DNA of 64,000 nucleotides from Orbicella franksi (taxonomy: Eukaryota). Positions 1 through 19,805 of this stretch are shown here, piece by piece. Where the stretch lies: the NCBI GenBank assembly GCA_964199315.1, contig OZ116702.1, forward strand, positions 31,744,001-31,808,000, read 5' to 3'. Within the stretch, counting starts at the first letter, position 1; each line of letters starts with the position of its first letter. A program made the position numbers and the translations under genes. Below the pieces are notes generated by a model. It did no database searches. It saw nothing but the letters and a program-made list of their open reading frames with translations, and had not been told where the DNA came from.

Positions 1-448
1 AATATGTGGAGAATAGATGGTCTACATATTCCATCTGAGGAACAGTTGATAGAGTGAAGTTTAAACCGCTGATTGATATGATTTGTGATAAGCTGATCTT
101 ACAGAGGTCATTATTTCCTGACTTTGTTTTGAATTGAATCATACTGGTCGGATCGGATTATAGGTCAAATGTCTAACTCTTCCGAAATTCCACCGCAAAA
201 TCCCCCTGACAGGGAAAAGGAAATTTGTTTTGATATAGATGCTTATTGAGATCTCGTGGTTCCGGCTTCGACGCCACACCTGTACCTCGAGGGTCCTGGA
301 GAAATCCCACGAGAAATCCTAGGGGTACTCCCTATAATGGACTATACGGGGAGGCTCCGCCCAATAGGGAACCTTTTCAGACTGGAGACATAGACATAAA
401 CGCACAGATATACGAGGGTACAGCTTTCACCAGCTGAAGCATACAATA

Positions 449-874
449 GGCCCTTTGCAGCTAAGCCATCACGTGACCTATTTTTCATAAAATTATGGGC
501 TGTAACGTAACGAATGCCAGAAATGGAAAAAGCATGTCGAAAATATCAAAATGGCCAAGTTTGAGGCCCCCATCATTTAAAGAAGGAGATTTTATGACGG
601 TCCGAATTTTTAAAAGAATAAGAAGATTTGTGTGGAAAAAGTTGCTGGAGAGCAAGACCTAGCTCTCCAGCAACATTTTGCAGACAAATCCTCTAAATTT
701 TCGGAAAATTTAAACCGTCGTATAAACTTACTTCTTAATTCTAGGGGCCTCAAACTTGGCCATTTAAGTATTTGCGATGCGCTCTTTTCATTTCTGGCAT
801 TCTTTAAGTTATAGCCCATAATGTAAAATTTTTTTAGGAAAAATTTGGTCACGTGACCCCAGCTGCAAAGGGCC
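449..874. mobile_element. MITE with GGCCCTTTGCAGCT terminal inverted repeats
   Basis: Perfect 14-bp TIR at 449-462 and 861-874, TA on both flanks, subterminal CACGTGAC in inverted orientation, no coding capacity. Confidence 0.75.
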
Positions 875-1433
875 TATCGAGTAGCAAAAAAAATTTGTCA
901 TTTAGGTATTCGAGGCCTTTTTTAAGGAGGTGCGAGGGCCTTTTCTGGGTTTGAAACTAACGATTTAGGGATTTTTAAGAGTAGAGATCTTCCGGTTGAG
1001 CTTTTCGGGTAAAAAGATTTTAGCAGGACTTTTTTAGGGTCGGTATTTGAAAGGGGTAACATTTTCCATAGAAAATATATGAAAAGATCACTTTTTCTGT
1101 CAAAAATGATTTATAAATAGAAAAGGATTTGGACCTCTAGACACGGAACGTCCGCGTAGAAAACTTTATGAAGCATTCCCCGGAAACAAATCTCATGCAT
1201 CACCGTAGCATTGCTTACAATATTTTCTATCGACGCGGGCACATTGCAATTTTTTCGACCCCAGGGCTAGTAAGTTTGATAACATAGAATCAAAATGACG
1301 AGCATAAGCCAAGCCAACCGAGTAGCCAAGAACAAAAAAAAATACAAAAAAACAAAAAACAAAAAAACACGAAGGGCTATTCATATCTTTTGCTTTCAAA
1401 GACGAAAGACCTTAAATAAACAAACAGAACGAC

Positions 1434-1569
1434 CTGTTTGGCTTAGTCTTCAGAGACAGAGAGCCAGAAGAGACGCAGAAAATAGCTGTAAGGTACAAAA
1501 ACAAAGACGAAAAAGCGCGCAAAGAACTAGTGATAAATTAAGCTTACAGTTGCAAGAAAGAATGGACAT
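1434..1569 (-). CDS. Putative first two exons of an unidentified gene (MSILSCNSIFCVSSGSLSLKTKPN...)
   Basis: ATG at 1569, exon 1548-1569 with GTAAGC donor, 62-nt intron with a pyrimidine-rich TTACAG acceptor, then exon 1434-1485 open in frame with a GT donor. I could not place downstream exons convincingly, so these may be UTR or non-coding. Confidence 0.3.
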
Positions 1570-1742
1570 GGCTGGGTAAATTTTCGACGGTTTAGGAACA
1601 ACGAAGTTAGAATTTTAACGATGCGCCGTCAGTCACGTGTCTTTGAACAAGTGTTGTGTTCCGTCGAAAATTCGCCTGAAAACGTCTCTGGCGGAAAGAA
1701 GTCACACAGCAGAAAATAACAGGTAGTTTAAGTGCATTCTGA

Positions 1743-1748
1743 TTTATT
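1743..1748 (-). terminator. Candidate polyadenylation signal (AATAAA) of DARS1
   Basis: Minus-strand AATAAA about 170 nt downstream of the DARS1 stop codon at 1916. Confidence 0.5.
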
Positions 1749-1915
1749 TTGTTAAACTGTTGACACAGTTGGAGATAACAAATATTAGCACGTCTTTTAA
1801 AACAGATACTACAGCATTTTATGGAGTATTACAATATATGAAAATTGGATTGATTCGCAGTGAATCTTCTTTGCAGAAATTTGATTGGCTGTCTCCATAT
1901 TTGGAGTGCTGTCAT

Positions 1916-9686
<7,771 letters not shown>

Positions 9687-9689
9687 TAT

Positions 9690-9955
9690 CAACGGTGTTC
9701 TTATGATGAAACGCTTAAAACCCAAAGGAGGCCTATTTCTTCCTATGAGAGCGATTGTTCGTGACGTCCTCGCAAGAAAGTGGGTCACCCGCCACGATAG
9801 CATGCAAAGAAAGGTCCTTCACCTCGATCACACGAGGCAAATATTTCGCCAGGCGTAACTGACCGGGTCTCGTTCCAGGACTCTTTTGGTAGACACGTCA
9901 CGTAAAATCCACCAAAATATATAACATAATATCAAGGCGCGTACGCCAGTTCCCA
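9690..9955 (-). promoter_or_regulatory. DARS1 5' UTR and CpG-rich proximal promoter
   Basis: Lies directly upstream of the ATG at 9686. Visibly CpG-rich compared with the gene body, with a CACGTCACGT CRE/E-box-like motif near 9895. The TSS cannot be determined. Confidence 0.45.
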
Positions 9956-9957
9956 AA

Positions 9958-11028
9958 GGCTGGTTTTCACCAGTGACGAAGTCGGAGTCGGAGTCGAAGT
10001 CATATTCAGAGACGTAAGAGTGCTTACGACCTAGTGAAAATCGAACATAGGAGTCGTAAGCAGAGTCATAAGCTCGACGGAATCGGAGTCGGAAGAATCA
10101 GAACGTTTCCATTTCTTCCGATTCCGTCTACGACTCCGTCGGTGTCTGGAAAACCCGAATAGCGAATAGCGAATAGTTGCGAATAGCGAATAGTCCCGAA
10201 TAGCAAATAGCGAATAGTACGAATAGCCTCGAATAGTGTGAATAATGGCGGGCAGTCTTGAATAGTGGCAAATAGTGGCAAATACCAAATAGGGTACCCA
10301 GTATCTCGCAGTCAACCTCGCAGCAGCGTAGGATGGGATTTTCCCGCTAAAAAGCACGGACGCTTATCAGGACAAAAGGTGTTTCTAAACGTAATTTATT
10401 CTGTTTTAACCGCTGCGTAAATAATACGTCTTTATTAGGTTATCCTCACCCTTGCGTTTTCTTTTTTCTTAATGTCGGCTATGGACAGCCCTAGCCTGAG
10501 TCCGGAGAAGAATTCGAAAAGATAATAAATTCACTGAAAGTCTGTTGCTTATTTGGATAATTAATTAACGCTGGATATTAGACATAAAGCGGTAACTATT
10601 GACGACTATTCGTCACTATTCGCCACTTTTCGCGACTGTTCGCCACTATTCGCACTATTAGAGACTATTCGCACTATTCGGGACTATTCGCTATTCGCTA
10701 TTCGCTATTCGCGACTATTCGCTATTCGCTATGCGGGTCTTCCAGACACCCCATAAGGGGTCTCGCTTATGACCTAGTGAAAACAGATTATCGGAGTCGG
10801 AAGCAGAAGCGGAAGAACCAACCAATCACAAGGCCCGGAATCGAGCATTGTGATTGGTTTTATTCTTCCGCTTTTGCTTCCAACTCCGACAATCTAGTGT
10901 TCACTAGATCGTAAGCGGCGGAGTCATAAGCGAAATGGGTGTTCTTCTTCCAACTCCGTCGGTTTGATTTTCACTAGATCGTATAGCTTTACGCTTCTGA
11001 TTATGACTCCGACTAGTGAAAACCAGCC
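9958..11028. mobile_element. PIF/Harbinger-like MITE (TIR GGCTGGTTTTCAC) carrying a nested insertion
   Basis: TIR at 9958-9970 and 11016-11028, with internal GGAGTC-type repeats and CTAGTGAAAA motifs. The superfamily assignment is inferred from the GG-start TIR. Confidence 0.7.
10141..10750. mobile_element. Nested MITE (TIR GGTGTCTGGAA) with inverted (GAATAGC)n subterminal arrays
   Basis: GGTGTCTGGAAAACCCGAATAGCG at the left end and CGCTATGCGGGTCTTCCAGACACC at the right end. Heptamer arrays at about 10157-10290 and 10595-10730 face each other. Confidence 0.75.
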
Positions 11029-14000
11029 TTTAAAGCTTTCTGTTGAAGATAAACAAGGACGAACTCGAATAGGACAAATTAATCACTGATTTAGATTAAA
11101 CAGATGATGTTTCGAGCAAGCATCCTTCATCAGTGTGATTGAATTGCCAGTAGATCCCTTTGTAGGGCCCCTTCTCCCCCTTACTGTAGATCCTGTAGAT
11201 GTAGATGTAGAAAAAATGAAATAGCTCTTGAGTTAATCAACACATTTACTAGCGAATCTTGGGCATCCTTGGGATCCTTTTCCGCAAGCAGAAAACGAGT
11301 CATTTTTTTAAAAAAATGTTTAGTCTCCACGATTTTCTCAAGGAGAACGTTGGAAATTCTACATTTTTCTCTTTTTAAATTCCAGGGCCCCTGAAATTTA
11401 AAACAATATCCATTTCAATACCATTGAAGTTACAGACTATTTCTGTCTACGTTTCTCGAACATGGTCAGTGCCAAGGAAATCTTTTTACTCCAGGCAGCC
11501 TCTTGAGCAATGCAAACCAAATCACTGGACAAAAAAAGGCGTATTTGTTGCCCGGGATTTGTTGTTTGTTCTCCGAGTCGGTATATATTGATATCATTAC
11601 GTTCAGGGCAGATATCTTTATGACGTCACCATTAAAAGAGAACAAAAGATGTAAAACAAAAATCGGAAATTTAAATAACAAAACTGCCTACGTCAATTTC
11701 TGTAAACTTGCAAACCGCTAAACAACATTCTTATCTCTTCAATTCTTGCTATTTACATGACTTGTAATCAAAAGTCATCAACTCTGTGCGTATTAATAAA
11801 TTCAGGGATAAATCACACTGATCAAAATGTCAACATTGCAAACTATGCTTTTGACTCTGGTCAAGTTATTAAAAAGAATTCCTTCTAGAAAGTCAAATGA
11901 TGCGGAAAAATATTCCGAAACATCACGAAGAAAACGCTACATTTCTTGCTATTTTTGTACCTGCTTCAAATTAGCGGTTATATGAAGTGTGCGGTCAAAG
12001 TCGGCGATCTGTGTCGCTCTGCGACAGGATCTCTCTGGAACCACGCAGACTCTGATGAGCTCTTAGTTGTAAGCGCGTTAGGATGTAATCGGCCTTTTTT
12101 TGTAATGATCTGGGGCAGGCATCGTAAAATATGCTTCCTGTACCTTTAATACGGTTTTATGTTGATGCAACTGCGAAATGTGGGATGTTTATATCCTGGC
12201 ACTTTCAGATCACATATCTGTCTCAACATTTCACTGATGGCGTTATGTGCCGACCACAAATTGAACAAACTTAAGGTGGGATCTGAGGCTTTTAAGACGA
12301 ATTAAGCCTGAAAATGTTCTTAAAACGTTCTCATTTTTTCAACTTTTGAGAAAGTAGTTCATAATTAAGTGGTCAGTAAGCCGGTTATTCGGGCTAAACG
12401 CATTCTTACTATACAGTCACTAATACTGTAAGCAGATGGATTTGAACTGAGGTACATTCATAATGTACATGAAATTTTTACAACAAAAAGAAAAATTGTT
12501 TTCCATTCATTCATAGCTGCGTTTCTTATTAACATGTTCTAAAAATGTTTTTGTTTCTCAGCCTCAACGTTCTAACGAATCGAAGAGGTATTAGGCATTT
12601 AAAATATTGGAAATGAAACTGCCGATCAAAGTTTCCACTAATGTCCGTCCTCTTGAAAAGAACTGCTCTTTTACGTTCAAACGAAAAGGTATCCTTTTGA
12701 TATTACTGTTATAAACAGTTCTATCCGTTAAATGATCTGTATTTTACAAGCTTTTGACTTACATAGGATTACTAAATATCTATATTCTAATGGCTGTTTT
12801 TCTTTTATTGACCTGAAATTCTGCGTTTGTTGTCCGCCTGCTTGGATTTTTTGTAGTGTTTGAGTAGATAAGAGAACTTTTATTGTCTGTAGAATGTTAC
12901 TCTTAATTAATAACTGGGAGATGCAACTACAATTGAAAAGACAACACTGAACTGAAATAACGTTCTATCTACACTTTCAGGCTCCAGTCGTCTTGAAATT
13001 AAAAAAAAAAAAACAGTTCAGATTGAGCCCCCCAAATTAAATTTTCTCAGGCAAGGAAAGGAATGTGTCAAGAGTTTAAATTTAGATCACCCATCCATAT
13101 ACAGTATACTCGGTGCATGTTTTCTAATTATATCTCAAACATCCCAATTATAGTTATATTATAACTGGGAGGTATAGCTGTTGAATGGTTTTTAATGAAA
13201 TGCCTCAGAATAGGGTCAAATCGCTTGATCGAACTTGAATAGCGAGCCTCGTAGAGTGGTTTTAGGAGACACCCTTAACTCTTACAAGAGGGTGGAAACT
13301 GTCAAACCAAATATCACGAATTAGTGCCTACATTTCAACCGTCGTTAAAAAATATGAAAAGGACAGCCGTCAAATCTGTAATGGTGTAACCTTTTTGGAC
13401 TGTCAAGAGTGCCTCCATCCGAGCACACTATGCAATACTCGATTTATGCTTCATAAATCGCTAATGGTAATGCTTATGAGCGACTCCGCTTTGGTCAATG
13501 TGAAGACCTTAATTCATTCTGGAATCAAGAGCCGCCCATTATCGCTTTCCGACTCTTTTCTTTTTGTGGACTGATCCGGCAAGCACCGGTATTTTTTCAC
13601 ACACAATGAAATCTGATTGATATTCGCACGCAACTTTACAATAATATTGACTTTTCAGTGGCCTCGTAATCAGCTCTGGTCAATACTCAGTGGAGAATAC
13701 AGGTTTAGTGCCTTGAATTGGAAAATGAGAGACTGAATTCCTTGCTGAAACGAATCATCTTAAATAGCATTTTTTTCGTCAATTTATGAGTTTATGAGTA
13801 ACATTTATATTCAGTGTGCTTGCTCCGCTGAGAGAGAAAAAAAACTCGGCAACCAGACGTTTCATGTTGAGTTGGCGTTCGCGTTCTCCGTTGTATTTTG
13901 CCAGTACGTGTTAGGTTTTATTCAGATCAATCAATTTTACGCAAGACCTTTTAACCTAGCGTAGTAGGCTGAATTCCTCAACACACGAGAACGTGCGATA

Positions 14001-15707
14001 AATAATGTCAACACCCAACAAGGAGCAACTTCATGGTCTTGTTTACGAAGAGTGTATTTAGTTGTTCTCCTGCAGGAAGTACTTACAGTTACAAAATTTG
14101 TTTACAATTAACGTCTAGCCCGCTCAATACAAACCTAGCATTGAGTATTTCGCAGTTTGGGTGCACTCGGTTCTAAACTGGCTGAGTTTTAAAGAACGTG
14201 ACTGAATGAAAAGCATGTTTTGAACTAAATAAAGCACAAGATTGGAGCCCTTGTCTGCAGACAACAAGGCTACTAAGGCCGTCGTTAAAAACAACACGTA
14301 CGCTTTTAAACGGTGCAGATTAAACGAATGTCAGGTTAAAATGTCAGATTAAAGACTTGAACAACGATTAAATCACAGACTTATTTTGCAGTCGGTTTAT
14401 TGCTCGGAGGTTTTAAGTTTAATCGGCGCGTGCTGCATTGATAAAAACCAGCTCTTACAAAATGCACGTTAAGTTAGCTGTAGTTTGCTGACAACTGTGT
14501 TAAAGAATATCTGAGCTGCCAGCACAGAGCGTCCTCGTGTTTTGCCGCTCGAAAAGTGCAGAACTAAAATGAAAGTCAGTTATTAAAAAGCATAAATTTA
14601 TATGGAGTCCGGCGCTTCAGTTTTGTTCGCGCAAGTTTCGCCTAAGACGTTCGTGGTCCGGAAAAGCTCAAAATAGCCTTGACGTAAATTGCCCGTTGTT
14701 ACTCAAACTGGAAAAGGGGCAAGCATAATGATTATACGTTTTTAGAATCATTGGCATTGTCTAGCTTTCCTGATTTCGTTAGCTGGCTATTGTGACTGGC
14801 CACTGTCAGTAATGCATTGCCTATAGTCGTCTCGCACAATCAGATCTGCTGTTAAGGAATTTTCCATTGTACTTGCTGAATAACCTAATTACCCATTACA
14901 GAAGACGACCTGATCGAGGGGAGGGATTTATCTGTAGTTTAAGTAATCATCGTTTTGGAACGAAAAGCATTTGAAAAGAAAACAAAACCGGTTGTTTCGA
15001 AATGTCGTGGTCTGTCTATGTTGAGTCCAAATAATTGCGTTACTCCGTGAAGATGCAATATTGACACTAGGATTTAACAAGCAAACTCTAAAATGCAAAA
15101 ATGGCTTAGCTGAATTGCGTCTTTGGAGGGAGCCAGTTACGCAAGTCTGACAGCGTAGAATTGCTAGAGCGTAACATTTCCATTACTTATTTTAAAAAAA
15201 GTACTGCTTCGTCGTTTCTAAAACTTTTTATTCCGAGAAAAAAATATCGTTAGTTTACTCACTTAACGCTTTACGTCCATTAAACTCATAAATGCCTTGG
15301 TTTTGACACCTAAAAGCCATTGTACTAGTTAACAAAAGTTTCAACAATGTTTACCCCGGCTTTGCATATTGATGGTTAATTCCACGCTACAAAATTATAT
15401 CTTTACTCCTTTGCTTTTACGTCCTTTCCAAGTCGAGCTCACGTAAATTAAACCTTGAAATGTAATTAAGAACGCATGATAATTTATACTGTCATTAAAA
15501 TCTACTTTACATCACTTGGAGTGTGAAATATGTTATATACATAATTATATTTATCTAACACTTCAATAGTTTGGGTCTATATTGCAGTGCGGAGGCCTTT
15601 AGTGTGCACTCCTTAAGCACAATTGTTCGCTCCCAAATTCGGTGACGCGAAATTCGATCGCCAACATTTCGCGGCTACAGATTGTCCCTGTTACCTCCTT
15701 CCGTTGG

Positions 15708-16727
15708 CTAAAGTCTTTGGCAAGTTCTCTTTTTTCTGTCGAGCCCAGCAACGAATCTGCAAATAAACAAATAAACGAAATGCGTATAAAATGATTACCC
15801 AATTCACACGATTTAAGTAACTTTTGCGGTTGGTAGCGGAAAACGAAGTAAGGAAGTGAGATTACTGTAGAAGAGTATAAGGCAAAAAGGGAGACAAAAA
15901 GAGTAATGGACTTGAAGGGTTATTTATTTATGATCAAAGTTCTTGTACGGCTTTGCTATGCAGAATTCTAATTACAATGTCTGGCAGAGTGGTGGGTATG
16001 TGGCGGCCATCAGCGCTGCTGCGGCCGGTGCAAATGCTTGCGGTTTGATTAATAACCCTTACCTCTTTCTGTGTCGATGTTTAATTTTCTTGCAAATCAA
16101 GCCTGCCTCGCAGGGGCACTTCTGGTTTAAAGAGTAATCAAGACCGCCTTCCGGAACACTACAGTCTTCACCCTCTTCAAGCAACCGTCTGCAGATCGGC
16201 TCCCCGTGAACTTTAACGCAGCACAACCCCGAATCACATTTGCGGTCTTTCTTGCACCTTGCTCCCGGGCTTCCGCGCGGCAAGGCTTTCCTACATACTC
16301 CAAACACACACTCCATACCAGCGCAGCACATGTTGTTGCGTCGACACTGCGAGTCTATCGCCTTGCAAGCATGACATTGGCCGTTGTGTTTGTGACAGTA
16401 ATTTCCTTGTCCGCAATGCCTGTCCTTTCTGCAGGGCTGAAGTTAGAATTGGCATTTGGAGTTAGAGTGAGTTGCATTGCGTTATTTTCGAACATAAGCA
16501 CAGTGTGACATGCACAGATCAGGAGCAGGTACCGAGTTTAAAACCGCGGTACTAATCGTACTTACATTTTGCAAAGTCGAATTTTCTTTAGTGTTGTTGT
16601 CAGAGGTCGTCTGTTTTCCTTCGTCCGTGTCGACAGGGTTTACACTGAGAATCCAACTGTACACAACACCGTCGGCGACTTCTACAGAAGCCAGGACAAG
16701 AATCACAAGCAGCATGAATCTTTTCAT
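15708..16727 (-). CDS. DKK3: Dickkopf-3-like secreted protein (signal peptide, CRD1, CRD2 colipase fold), 3 exons, 194 aa
   Basis: Exons 16566-16727, 16063-16436, 15708-15756 with GT-AG junctions (585 nt). Hydrophobic leader MKRFMLLVILVLASVEVADG. Ten-Cys CRD1 CRKDRHC...QCRRNNMCCAGMECVFGVC, a 12-aa linker RKALPRGSPGAR, and ten-Cys CRD2 CKKDRKCDSGLCC...CPCEAGLIC...TCQRL*. Two CRDs with a short linker match the Dkk3 layout. Orthology is inferred from architecture, not from a tree. Confidence 0.88.
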
Positions 16728-16789
16728 GACGAGCGTTTGGCAATTCACGCGCAGCTTTGACAGAGCTGAGGCTAAGTACATCGTAAACG

Positions 16790-16935
16790 ACTAATTAAGC
16801 ATCTGCCAGTTCATATAAATGACATTTAACACGTGTCATTTACACGAAGGACAGTAAAACTTGTCAAAACGCAGCCAATGGTAGGCGGGCAATTTTCAAT
16901 GGCTGTGTGTACAATGGTGCGAGGGGCGTGGAAGA
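16790..16935 (-). promoter_or_regulatory. Candidate Dkk3-like proximal promoter
   Basis: CCAAT at about 16876 and a GGGGCGTGG GC/KLF-type box at about 16923, 150-200 nt upstream of the ATG. Confidence 0.3.
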
Positions 16936-19098
16936 GCAATTAACAAGGAGGAGAAAATACGCTGCTGTGTTAATCTCTTATTGACTCGTCTAATTAATCC
17001 CAAACAGACCATGCTTCATCACCTCTCAGCTTTGTTTCAAATCAATACTGCTGCATTAGCATTGGAGGTTGCATGTTGACCAAAAATATCTCAAACGCTG
17101 CATATTGAATATAAAGGAATTCAAAAATCACGATTACCAATATTCGGAATTCACGTTTTGCAAGGCACAGTAATTGGTTATAATATAAAAATAAAGAAGG
17201 GAGCTACTCAGAAATTTAACCAGCGCTACGACGGCTGTTACAGCTAATATCAAGCGTCTATTAACACACGATTTTTATAAGACTTCATTTCTCCATGGAC
17301 TGGAATTCCCTTTGAAATGATCAGTAGGGAAAATAACCCTCGGAAGACGTGCTGTCAATAAAAATTTCAATGTAATACATTTATCTTTCAGTTAACACCT
17401 GGTTGATAAATCAATTAGTACACAGTTTGATGTGTGGTGATTTGAGCAACGCCACGCTGAAAAAAAAAAAAAAAAACCATAACAGAATCTCACGTTTACG
17501 GTCAAGACTCTTCGCGCCAGAAATTCGAGAGATTAACAACATCGATAATCTACAATTTCCGTGCCAAGAGAAATGCGAAAAAATACTCCCCTGTGATTTT
17601 ATGAATTGATTATTTTCTTAAGCACTTGACAGACAGACATAAAACAAAATAAAACAATTTATCTCCTTACGTAATCTCCGTCTGTTAGCCTGAACCCTGT
17701 CTAGGACTGTTAACCTGAGGTTTGAATGCTGCCACAAACCAAAGTTCTGCAGTTTAGCCTGACCAGCAGATATTCCCCATAATCGTGGATTTCGTTAAAC
17801 CGCACAATTTCAGTCGTGCGTCGGTATGTTATTTGGCTTACGATCAAAGGATTTAAGTGTAATCGTTTAGCCGTGCAGTTTTAAGAGCCTTAAAAGGTAC
17901 GTCAATCGCTAAAATGGTGTGATATTAGCCTATCGTATTGTCATCTCCTTTAGAACGTTTTTGGTGGTGCGAGTTCTGAAAAATATTTCAATTCCTCTGA
18001 GGGGTTTGAAATTTGCTCAAGACCGTGGTAAAGTGGTGTATTCCTAAGATTCCGCTAAGGTGGTGTTTCCGGCCATATTTTAAAATTAATTTCTCAGTGG
18101 AATGAGCCGTGGAATAGCTCATTTGGTCAGAGAGAATACGTGCGAGAGATCATGTAAAACGAGAACATCGCATTAAGAAATGATAAACTTAATCCAAACG
18201 AAAGCTAAGTGCTCAAAACATGCTAAATTTATCACGTACCGTGAATCACATACCAGCGCTAACAGTGATAGCGTCCCTTCCATGATCTAAGTCTCGTCAC
18301 GTCACACAACAAGGTATTGTTTAGATGACTTGTGCTTGTCCAGCCACTTAACCCATAAGGTCAAGAACCTGTCACGCCCACACAATCATCAAGTTATTAT
18401 GTTGGTTGTTTTCCTCTACGATTTCAAACTGGTGCTAACCCATTTTAGGGTACGCTCATGGCTTTCAAACATTTTAAAAACCTCTGTAGCGTGAAGTTCT
18501 AACTTTGTCGCCACCCCACCCTCGATGGATCTCGATATTGTGCTGGCAGCGACATATTTGTGGCTGTCAAAAGTCTTTTAGAATCAATTGCTACTGAATG
18601 GCAAATACTAGTCAAAAGTAAACAAATAGTGTCATTCCTGTTTTCCTTTCATTTTGGCATGTTTAAGAGATTGGAAGAGAATAGAGAAACTGTTGAGGTA
18701 CATTTTGTCAAGAAAACCGAACAAATAAAAAAGCTTGAACAGGTCCAATACTCTGGGGAAACCACAATAAATTGGTTTACAGTACTTGTAATTCTTGGAG
18801 TTACATAATTATTTCAAGTGCACCAGCTGGGGGCCCCGTCCCAGGGTAGCACTTGGGAAAGGCGTGCCTTCATTGCCGCCAAATACTTCTTCTTCTCAGC
18901 CGTTCTGGAAAAGCTGCCGCCGCGTTACTCTCGAGCAAATTCAGATCACTCGAAATCACCTCCATGCAGCGAGGCGGAAGGTTGTACATTTTACAACTTC
19001 CGATAATCTATTGTAGCATTCCTTTAAAATATCGCGTGTGTTATCGGCTGATAAACATGAAGGGTAATTGAGTATGGTTTATGCACCATGCCCCCGAA

Positions 19099-19296
19099 CA
19101 GTATAACAAATAATGGGCCACTCCAAATCAGTTGAATTTATAGTTCATACCAAATGAGAGTTTGATTTATAGCTTGGAACAATTGTCAGTGGAAAACATT
19201 TTTCACTCGCATTTTTTCCAAGCTGTAAATCAAACACCCATTTGGTACACCCACTCAGCTACTCTAGAATGGCCCATTATTTCAGTTGCTATACTG
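19099..19296. repeat. Fold-back element (nested inverted repeats), probable MITE
   Basis: Outer arms CAGTATAACAAATAATGGGCCA and TGGCCCATTATTTCAGTTGCTATACTG. An inner stem of about 30 bp pairs 19150-19179 with 19216-19245. Confidence 0.6.
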
Positions 19297-19805
19297 GTCG
19301 AGGGTAATTCTTGAAGGAAAACAGACGGCACAAGCGGTCGACTCCGATCTTAAAAATAAACAAACAAATTAATTTGTGAGAATTACTTATCGTCTTTGCA
19401 TTTGGTACAGAAAGACGATCGAGGTCGCAGATTTATGCAACTGCAAATGGATCGTGCGTGCCAATATGTTTATATAACTGTTATTTACACAACGGTGAGG
19501 TCTCGACTGTAGAAATATTGACCTAGTTTTTTTTCTTGTTTATATGGACTGAGACAAACCACAATTCAACATCAGTCATTACGAGGTCAATACTTCGACA
19601 TCCAAACCAAACAAACTCGGCCAATGAGGTCTAAAATGTTCAGTATATTACCTGAGAGAGGCAAAGAAAAACGTCTGAGTTCTTGACGGAATCGAGGGCT
19701 GTAGCCAATATGAGGCAAACCGAGGCACTTGCGAGGTCTTTTTTTTGTTTTTGTTGTTTTGTTGAAGGGGTACGGTAAAACACTGCTAAATACCTAAGAT
19801 TACTG

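Noticed and set aside
1295-1579. Lys-rich plus-strand ORF (94 aa)
   Set aside because: It arises from A-rich low-complexity sequence that is the polypyrimidine/intron side of the minus-strand candidate. No recognisable domain.
16630-16670. NPV in the Dkk N-terminus as an LRP6-binding NxI motif
   Set aside because: It does not match NxI, and a three-residue near-match is uninformative.
16728-16781. Upstream in-frame ATG (16781) for the Dkk gene
   Set aside because: It would add 18 residues before a well-formed signal peptide. The ATG at 16727 gives the canonical secretory N-terminus. Not excluded without TSS data.
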